Shown: positions 45,723 to 52,737 of the stretch, in pieces
How the letters are laid out: each line of letters starts with the position of its first letter
Numbering within the stretch: the stretch's first letter is position 1
Assembly (NCBI GenBank): GCA_017633255.1
Contig: JAGBPS010000024.1
Coordinates: forward strand, 12,451 to 76,450
Length of the DNA: 64,000 bases
Direction: 5' to 3'
Source of the DNA: Bacteroidales bacterium
GTDB lineage: Bacteria > Bacteroidota > Bacteroidia > Bacteroidales > WCHB1-69
Notes under the pieces: generated by a model
Databases searched by the model: none
Seen by the model: the letters and a program-made list of their open reading frames with translations, nothing else
What the model was told of the DNA's origin: nothing
Translations under genes and position numbers: made by a program

Positions 45723-46787
45723 ATGGCAACCTGGCAGAAAATAAAGATACAACGCGAGAATGGTGAGCTTGCTGAAGCGCAAGCGCCAGTAATCGTATCG
45801 GCAAGTCGTAGCACAGACATTCCTGCGTTCTATGCCGACTGGTTCTTCCATCGTTTGAAGGTGGGTTATTCAGCGTGGACCAACCCTTTCAACGGAGTGA
45901 AGAGTTTCGTTTCGTACGAGAAATGCCGATTTATCGTGTTTTGGTCGAAGAATCCCGAACCGTTACTGTTGCATCTTGACGAGCTGAATGAACAAGGTAT
46001 CGGCTGCTATATCCAATATACTCTGAATGATTATGTCTCTGAAGGTTTGGAGAAAAATGTTCCAGCTTTAGAAAAGCGTATCGACACTTTCAAGCAACTT
46101 GTGGACAAATTTGGCAAAGGTCGTGTTATATGGCGTTTCGACCCTCTGATTCTGACAGACAAGATTAGTTTGGATGATTTGTTGCATAAGGTAGAAAACA
46201 TCGGTGATCAACTCCAGGGTTACACCGAGAAACTTGTATTCAGTTATGCCGATATAGCCGCCTATCGGAAGGTGAAATCTAATCTTGATAAAAACCATGT
46301 AAGCTATACGGAATGGACTACTAACCAGATGGAGGAATTTGCTAAAGAACTATCGAAACTCAACCAAAAATGGAACTATCAGCTGGCAACCTGTGGCGAG
46401 AAGATTGACATAGAGCGATATGGAATTCATCACAATCGCTGTGTGGACGATGATTTAATGATACGATTGGCCTATAAAGACAAGGCTTTGATGGATTTCC
46501 TCGGAGTAGAGATAAAAACAGTTGAAAACTCATTGTTTGGGGCAGAACCGATTCCCGCCAATGCCATCATGCTTAATGATACTCAATTCGCTATCAAGAA
46601 AAAAAACAATCAGGACAAAGGCCAGCGACAGTTTTGTGACTGTATGGTGAGCAAGGACATCGGTGAGTACAACACCTGTCCGCACCTGTGCGAGTATTGC
46701 TATGCCAATGTGAGCAAAGAAAATGCGACAAAGAATTATAAACAACATGAAATGAACCCATTGGGGGAAACTATAACTGGGAAATGA
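45723..46787 (+). CDS. DUF1848-family protein with C-terminal radical-SAM-like CX3CX2C cysteine cluster
   Basis: 354 aa from MATWQKIKIQ. The C-terminus reads QFCDCMVSKDIGEYNTCPHLCEYCYAN (C-P-H-L-C-E-Y-C). The overall pattern (SASRSTDIPAFYADWF..., RFDPLI) fits DUF1848 as I remember it. Confidence 0.7.
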   Translation: MATWQKIKIQRENGELAEAQAPVIVSASRSTDIPAFYADWFFHRLKVGYSAWTNPFNGVKSFVSYEKCRFIVFWSKNPEPLLLHLDELNEQGIGCYIQYTLNDYVSEGLEKNVPALEKRIDTFKQLVDKFGKGRVIWRFDPLILTDKISLDDLLHKVENIGDQLQGYTEKLVFSYADIAAYRKVKSNLDKNHVSYTEWTTNQMEEFAKELSKLNQKWNYQLATCGEKIDIERYGIHHNRCVDDDLMIRLAYKDKALMDFLGVEIKTVENSLFGAEPIPANAIMLNDTQFAIKKKNNQDKGQRQFCDCMVSKDIGEYNTCPHLCEYCYANVSKENATKNYKQHEMNPLGETITGK

Positions 46788-46788
46788 T

Positions 46789-48480
46789 ATGGTTATCGAA
46801 CAAAACACCAACTACGCTTACAAACTAAAGCATATAGACCGCCCGACTTTTGAGGCCGTAAGGGACTTGTCCATTGAATTCTATCGCAGTTTGCCTCAGG
46901 AGTTACAGGACGAATTGTTTGAGACCTTAAACCGTGGCGTTGATATCTTAGATAGCGAACCACAGCTGACGACTTACATGTTCTCATACGGAAAGATGCA
47001 TAAGGCCAAATTGGAATATGCTTTTGACAATCTGACAGAAGGTTTTCTTTTGCAAGATGAAATAAACATCATTGACTATGGCTGCGGGCAGGCCATCGGC
47101 ACGATGTGCTATGCGGATTTTCTTCGTAATAACGGATATACGCAACAGATTAAGACCATTACATTAATTGAACCTTCTGAAATAAGCCTGAAACGGGCTG
47201 CACTTCACATTTCAGCATTCTTCCCTAATGCAGAAATTAAGACCGTGAACAAAACTTTTGATGAGTTAAACAAAGATGACATCTATTATGAAGAAGACAT
47301 TCCTACGCTGCATATTCTTTCCAATGTTTTAGATATTTTGGATTTCGATATTAATAAGTTTTCAAAATTGGTAAAAAGCAGTTTGAACGGATTTAACCAA
47401 TTTGTATGTGTAGGGCCTTTTTTTAATGATTCCCAAAAAGATGATCGAATGGTTGTATTTCGATCACTTAGAAACGAAGATGAATATTTCAACAAGATTC
47501 TAGACAAATTCGAATTAACCCCAGAAAAAGCATGGACAGCACAAATACTCATTTTCTCAGTTGGAGAAATAGCCAAAACTAAAGTTCCTATTACAGTAAC
47601 AAACGAGGAGATTGAAAATGACATAGAAGATAAATGTGGTGTATATAGCAAAGATGGTCAAAAATTGCTAAAGTGTACAGACTCACATATGGGTACATAT
47701 ACAATAAAAAAAGGCACAAAGGTGATATGTAAGAATGCTTTTGAAGGTTGTTTGTTCAGTCAAATAATCATACCCGATTCAGTCGTAAAAATTGAATGGC
47801 AAGCTTTTTTGGCATGTGAATTTTTGCAAACAATCACCATACCCAACTCTGTTACAAGTATCGATTATAATGCATTTGGTTTATGTGAATCCTTGCAACG
47901 AATCAACATTCCGGATTCGGTTTCTTTTTTGGGACCATCAACTTTTCATCGATGCATCTCTTTACAACAAGTCAAAATTTCCAATTCGTTAACATGTATA
48001 GACTACATGACTTTTTGTGAATGCACTTCTTTAAATCAAGTCCTCATACCAAATTCAACCACAATTTTAGGTGATCATGTATTTTCAAATTGCAAATCCT
48101 TGAAACAAATAATAATTCCCAACTTGGTAACATATATAGGGATGGGTGCTTTTTCAAACTGCACATCTCTAGAGCACATTACTCTTTCCAATTCATTACA
48201 TAACATTGGACCTTTCGCTTTTGAAAAATGCCAATCTTTGAAAACAATTGCTTGCCCTGACTCAGTTAAGCACATATATGCCGGAGCATTTTCCGAGTGT
48301 GTAAACTTACAACAAATCATTATTTCTGATTCGGCAACTGAGATTGGTGACGAGATTTATTATGAAAATGTTTTTAATAATTGTATGTCTTTACGACAGA
48401 TTATCATTCCCAAAGGAAGTACGGAGAAATTTAGGGAAATGCTTGATAAAGAATTGTGGGATAAACTAATAGAGGAATAG
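46789..48480 (+). CDS. Cytoplasmic fusion protein: N-terminal class I SAM-methyltransferase-like domain + C-terminal BspA-type leucine-rich repeats
   Basis: 563 aa with no signal peptide. It has Rossmann motif I IIDYGCGQAIGT, an acidic beta-2 end TLIEPSE, and LSNVLD. From about residue 283 (47635..48433) there are ~10 units of ~23 aa of the form I.IP.SV..I...AF..C.SL... The ATG lies 1 nt after the DUF1848 stop. Confidence 0.7.
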   Translation: MVIEQNTNYAYKLKHIDRPTFEAVRDLSIEFYRSLPQELQDELFETLNRGVDILDSEPQLTTYMFSYGKMHKAKLEYAFDNLTEGFLLQDEINIIDYGCGQAIGTMCYADFLRNNGYTQQIKTITLIEPSEISLKRAALHISAFFPNAEIKTVNKTFDELNKDDIYYEEDIPTLHILSNVLDILDFDINKFSKLVKSSLNGFNQFVCVGPFFNDSQKDDRMVVFRSLRNEDEYFNKILDKFELTPEKAWTAQILIFSVGEIAKTKVPITVTNEEIENDIEDKCGVYSKDGQKLLKCTDSHMGTYTIKKGTKVICKNAFEGCLFSQIIIPDSVVKIEWQAFLACEFLQTITIPNSVTSIDYNAFGLCESLQRINIPDSVSFLGPSTFHRCISLQQVKISNSLTCIDYMTFCECTSLNQVLIPNSTTILGDHVFSNCKSLKQIIIPNLVTYIGMGAFSNCTSLEHITLSNSLHNIGPFAFEKCQSLKTIACPDSVKHIYAGAFSECVNLQQIIISDSATEIGDEIYYENVFNNCMSLRQIIIPKGSTEKFREMLDKELWDKLIEE

Positions 48481-48528
48481 TGCAAATAGATTTTTTAATA
48501 TTTTTATGATAATCAGAACACATAAAAC

Positions 48529-49806
48529 ATGAAAATAAAAAAGTTAATAATCAACAACTTTCGAGCATTTAAGCATGCAGAAATAGATTTTGATGATTTT
48601 AGTTGTATTATTGGCAAAAACGACACGGGCAAATCAACAATCTTGGCAGCATTAGAATGGTTTTTTAATTCTAACAAGGAATTAGACGAAAACGATTTTG
48701 CAGCAGCTAGTTTTGATTGGAGTGAGTGCGAACATCCTGCATTTCATGATGAAATAGCAGGTGAAACATTTCAAGGAGAGACTGTTAAAGAGTTTATTTA
48801 TGATGGTTTTTGCATATCAGTTGATGTGTATTTCAGTGACGCAAACCTTCCAAATAGGACAGAAGAATCTGATTTCATCTTCAACCATGACTTTGTGTTA
48901 AAAGATGGTAATATCTGTATAAGTAAATACATGTATCACCCGTATAAAGATATAAATCATCCTTCTATTGGAAAACAGATGGGATATCGCATGAAAAATT
49001 GTTTTTTTGAAAAAATGCAAAAACCATTTTCCGATTGTACTATTGAAGAATTGAAAACAGTATATAATGAGATTAGGAACAACGCTGATGATTTATGCAA
49101 AAAATTATATCATTTAGAGGAAGAACGTCAAAATAAAAAAAATAGAGGTGTAGGGACATTGGCTATTAATACCGAAATACGAGATGAAGTATTAAGAATA
49201 AAAAGACTTATATGTTCTGAATTATATAATCACTACAGTAACAAAGGTGAAAAGACTTGTGAAAAATGGATGCCTTTTGATAATATAGATAGCATTGAAT
49301 TTCATTTCGGTTTTGATTTACCTCAATTTATATTATATACATCAAAAACGCCAACAAACGATTATCTGAACAAGTTATTTACACCATATAATGCCATCGG
49401 ATTATACAAGTCTATTGAAAAAGCCAAAGTACACACAACAGAAAAGCTTTCTGAATTCCTAAATTTAAATGGCCTGAATGAAAATATACATATTAAAGAA
49501 AATGAAAAAATAGACTTGTTTACAAAAGACAGTTTGATATTCAAACATAATGACTTGCCATTGAACATTCCTCTCAAAAACAGAGGGGAGGGTTTTCAGC
49601 TAAAGATAAAAAATGCTGTATTTAGGTTGCTTACAGAAACTCGGACAAGAAACCAAATCAATATCATTTTTGCTTTTGAAGAACCCGAAACACATTTGCA
49701 TCCGTCTGCTCAAATTGAAATGTATCAAACACTAAAGGCACTATCAGAAAATATTAATTATCAGGTGATTATTACAACACATTCCCCTTATATTGTTAAA
49801 AATTAG
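48529..49806 (+). pseudogene. ABC/AAA_15-type ATPase (OLD/PrrC/RecF-like), reading frame terminates 7 codons after the H-loop; probably continues in 49800..50273 after a -1 shift
   Basis: Walker A GKNDTGKST, signature-like NRGEGFQ, Walker B IIFAFEEPETHLHP, H-loop ITTHSPYIVKN-stop. The stop lies just after an A5 run (49798..49802). Confidence 0.6.
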
Positions 49807-49820
49807 CTCAAAACGACATA

Positions 49821-50273
49821 GTGCCTATTGTAGTAAAACAAGAAGCAGCCCAAGAATCAAAAATAAGCAAACTTGACGAACGTGTTTTGCCATACATTTC
49901 AATGAACGAAATCAATTATATAGCTTTTGAAGAGCCGTCGATAGAGTATCACATTGAATTGTATGGTTATATGCAAAACAAGTTGGACAAAACTGTTCGG
50001 GAATTAGACGATTGGCTAAAAGGGTGCGGAATCATCAATGGTGATAACCTATATGACTGGTATGATACGAGAAATTTAGAAAAAACAGAAGACAAAAAAA
50101 CTTTACCTTATTGTGTTCGTAATAATATTGACCATCCATTGGTTGATGATGCCTGCGATTCAAGAAAACATAATGCTTATGTGAATAACAGTCAATTCAA
50201 CAATAGTGATTTGATTAGAAAAAGCATTGAAATTATGCGGGAAGCGATAATCAACAATGTAGAATTTATATGA
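49821..50273 (+). CDS. 150-aa ORF: probable C-terminal continuation of the ATPase, carrying a HEPN-like Rx4H motif
   Basis: This frame is open from 49800 (KLAQNDIVPIVVKQE...). The motif CVRNNIDHP has CGT at 50118..50120 and CAT at 50133..50135. There is no independent ATG until codon 28. Confidence 0.45.
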   Translation: MPIVVKQEAAQESKISKLDERVLPYISMNEINYIAFEEPSIEYHIELYGYMQNKLDKTVRELDDWLKGCGIINGDNLYDWYDTRNLEKTEDKKTLPYCVRNNIDHPLVDDACDSRKHNAYVNNSQFNNSDLIRKSIEIMREAIINNVEFI

Positions 50274-50313
50274 GAGAACATTGAAACCATGCAAATAATA
50301 AAAACACAACAAG

Positions 50314-50571
50314 ATGAACGATAACGAAAAAGCATTAATGCATCACTTTGAGATGATTGCACATTCGCAAGGAACGATGCAATTTCTATACAATTTGTTT
50401 GGCGGGGGCTTTGTTGCCAAACAACAAGCAAAAGAAACAATTGATTTTTGCATTGCAAAAATGAAACGGGATATTGAAAGCAATCCAAATTTGACACGAG
50501 AGCAAAAAGATCATGAGATTTCAATTAGAGAATGTTGGTTTAATGCAATGAAAAATTCATTGGGATTGTAA
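50314..50571 (+). CDS. Hypothetical small helical protein (85 aa), last gene of the island operon
   Basis: ORF only, co-directional, 40 nt after the previous stop, and followed by a hairpin. No recognisable motif. Confidence 0.4.
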   Translation: MNDNEKALMHHFEMIAHSQGTMQFLYNLFGGGFVAKQQAKETIDFCIAKMKRDIESNPNLTREQKDHEISIRECWFNAMKNSLGL

Positions 50572-50576
50572 CTTTA

Positions 50577-50619
50577 GCATAATAATCCCGTATGAAATTA
50601 ACGCACACTATTATTATGC
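50577..50619 (+). terminator. Hairpin at the end of the island operon
   Basis: GCATAATAAT (50577..50586) is the exact reverse complement of ATTATTATGC (50610..50619), with a 23-nt loop. It starts 6 nt after the stop at 50571. Confidence 0.5.
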
Positions 50620-50743
50620 ATGAATTAATTAGCAGAAAAGTAATAGCAAATTTTTGCTTCCTTAATTTAAGCGTAAATCTCGGCAACTGATAGTTGTCAA
50701 TATGAGGAAATAGATTAAAATAATATCGAAAGAGAAGACAACC

Positions 50744-50824
50744 ATGCTAATCAAACAAAATACCAACCACATATACAAGCTAAAATATATAGAAAAACCG
50801 ACCTTTGACATGTTCGAAGTATGA
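50744..50824 (+). pseudogene. 27-codon relic of a second methyltransferase-LRR-type gene (5' end only)
   Basis: Translates MLIKQNTNHIYKLKYIEKPTFDMFEV-stop, compared with MVIEQNTNYAYKLKHIDRPTFEAVRD at 46789. That is 14 identities in 26 residues plus conservative changes. Confidence 0.65.
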
Positions 50825-50863
50825 CCATTCCTCAAATAGTTAGTGTATTTAAAAATTTGTGCG

Positions 50864-50871
50864 TAACTTTG
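50864..50871 (+). promoter_or_regulatory. -7 promoter box TAACTTTG
   Basis: TAnnTTTG match 9 nt upstream of the ATG at 50880. The tracked start at 50859 lies upstream of the box. Confidence 0.5.
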
Positions 50872-50879
50872 CAAACGAT

Positions 50880-52358
50880 ATGAACAAAACAACAATCATA
50901 GAATCATTGCTCAAGGGTGAGCATATCACACTGGAAGCAAAACGGGCCGAGAATGATTTACCCAGATCGGTTTGGGAGACCTATTCGGCATTCGCCAATA
51001 CACACGGCGGATTGATTTTGCTTGGTGTTATTGAAAATCTAAAGGAGAAAGACATTAACAAGCGTTTCACCATCACTGGCGTTGATGATGCCGAGAAAAT
51101 ACGCAAAGACTTCTGGAATATTGTCAATAATGCAGAGAAAGTGAACATCAATCTACTTAAGGACGAGGATGTTGAAACGATTGACATGGATGGTAAAACC
51201 GTAGTAGCTATTAATGTGCCAAGGGCTGACTACACGGTACGCCCTGTATATATCAATAACAATCCTCTTCGGGGAACTTTCAAGCGTAACCACGAGGGCG
51301 ACTATCACTGTGCTGAACACGAAGTAAGGATGATGATGCGCGATGCCAACGAGGCTGGTAACGATGGCATGTTACTGGAATATTACACGATGGATGATAT
51401 TGATATTCCAACTCTGGAGCGCTACAGAAACCATTTCAGCAGCAGACACCCTGATCATGTGTTTAACAGTCTTGAACATAAGTCATTTCTAAAAGAACTG
51501 GGCGGCTATCATGTTGACAGAAAAGACCAAAGCGAATGTTTAACCATGGCTGGTTTATTGATGTTCGGCAAAGGCCATCCCATTCGTGAACGCTTTGAGA
51601 ACCTGCGATTAGATTATATTGACAAATCTGGGTTGATTGGTGATCAGCGATACAGCGACCGCCTAACCTACGACGGCACATGGGAAAACAATCTCTTCAA
51701 TTTTGTTACAATGGTATTGCCCAAGTTGCTGAGAGATTTACCGAGACCATTCAAGATGGATGGTATAGTGCGTGAAGACGACACTCCTCAACACAAGGCT
51801 GTTCGTGAAGCTCTGACAAATGCCATTATCCACGCAGACCTGATGATAAACGGGGTTCTGAAAGTGGAGAAATATGACGATAAACTTGTACTCACAAACC
51901 CCGGATTACTGAAGCTCCCCGTAGAACAAATCTATGCAGGCGACGAATCGAGAGCAAGAAACCAGCACATGCAAACCATGTTCCGCATGATAGGATTCGG
52001 GGAAAACTTGGGATCTGGTTTTCCCTTAATATTGAGTGCCTGGAATGAGAAACACTGGCTAAAACCGGAGTTAATTGAACAGCCAGAGCTAATGCAGGTA
52101 AAACTCATTCTGACAATTGAGGCAAAAGATGTCACAAAAGATGTCACAAAAGATGTCACAAAAGAACTATCTGAAAGACAGGTGCTTATATTAGAATTGA
52201 TAGCAGAAAATGCTATGGCGACAATATCAGAAATGTCACAAAAGACAGGGGTTGCACCTAGAACCATTATACGAGATATTGAGCATTTGCAATCCTTGGG
52301 CATTCTTGTTCGAATTGGTGGCCGCAAGGAAGGTCATTGGGAAATTAGCAATTTATAG
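50880..52358 (+). CDS. AlbA_2 (Schlafen-like) DNA-binding domain / HATPase_c_4-like / C-terminal winged-HTH protein
   Basis: 492 aa from MNKTTIIESLLKGEHITLEAKRAENDLP...AFANTHGGLILLGV (AlbA_2 pattern). The C-terminal wHTH reads LSERQVLILELIAENAMATISEMSQKTGVAPRTIIRDIEHLQSLGIL. Confidence 0.7.
   Translation: MNKTTIIESLLKGEHITLEAKRAENDLPRSVWETYSAFANTHGGLILLGVIENLKEKDINKRFTITGVDDAEKIRKDFWNIVNNAEKVNINLLKDEDVETIDMDGKTVVAINVPRADYTVRPVYINNNPLRGTFKRNHEGDYHCAEHEVRMMMRDANEAGNDGMLLEYYTMDDIDIPTLERYRNHFSSRHPDHVFNSLEHKSFLKELGGYHVDRKDQSECLTMAGLLMFGKGHPIRERFENLRLDYIDKSGLIGDQRYSDRLTYDGTWENNLFNFVTMVLPKLLRDLPRPFKMDGIVREDDTPQHKAVREALTNAIIHADLMINGVLKVEKYDDKLVLTNPGLLKLPVEQIYAGDESRARNQHMQTMFRMIGFGENLGSGFPLILSAWNEKHWLKPELIEQPELMQVKLILTIEAKDVTKDVTKDVTKELSERQVLILELIAENAMATISEMSQKTGVAPRTIIRDIEHLQSLGILVRIGGRKEGHWEISNL
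52125..52160. repeat. In-frame 12-nt tandem repeat AAAGATGTCACA x3 (KDVT x3)
   Basis: Read directly. A fourth partial copy, ATGTCACAAAAGA, follows about 65 nt downstream. Confidence 0.9.
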
Positions 52359-52614
52359 CATATGACAATGCCCACCATCCTCCTCATAATCAGCATATAC
52401 CTTGTCCTCAACCTCGCCTTGTTGGCTTTTAGGTGCACTGAAGTATAAGGAATAATATTACCCCGTTGGAGGCTGTGCGAACATGATTCCATGAGGTACG
52501 GCACCGCCGTGAGATTTATGCCACTACCTCGCCCTTTTTTCCGCTCCTTATCCATCACAGGGAATAAGTGTGAAGTACTATTTTATTCAGTGTAATATAT
52601 AAAAGAAATTTTTG

Positions 52615-52622
52615 TACTTTTG
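52615..52622 (+). promoter_or_regulatory. -7 promoter box TACTTTTG for nifJ
   Basis: TAnnTTTG match 116 nt upstream of the ATG at 52738, implying a long leader. Confidence 0.45.
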
Positions 52623-52737
52623 CACGCTTATTGGGGAGACTGGAGTGATGACTGTTTTTCAAGAAATATATAACAAAATCGAATTCATCAATAATCAACC
52701 AAAATACTAATCCATAAATATTTAACATCCAAAAACT

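Noticed and set aside
52125-52160. Possible CRISPR-like or phase-variation repeat (also considered for the word repeats at 16.0, 24.2, 32.1 and 43.9 kb)
   Set aside because: The units are 7-12 nt with no unique spacers, and no cas genes are present. The 12-nt repeat is in frame, so it cannot switch the gene off.
52334-52558. 74-aa minus-strand ORF, and a 28-aa hydrophobic plus-strand ORF (52362..52448, MTMPTILLIISIYLVLNLALLAFRCTEV), at the right edge of the island
   Set aside because: Neither has a promoter box or a recognisable motif. The small hydrophobic peptide could be a type I toxin-like ORF, but a single hydrophobic stretch in a short ORF is weak evidence. The region may be a gene remnant.
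44983-52614. Classical tRNA-targeting integrative element
   Set aside because: No integrase, excisionase or transposase ORF is present. The island abuts the 5' (promoter) side of tRNA-Asp rather than its 3' end. I found no direct repeat of tRNA sequence at the nifJ-proximal border by eye. A computational repeat search would be needed to be sure.
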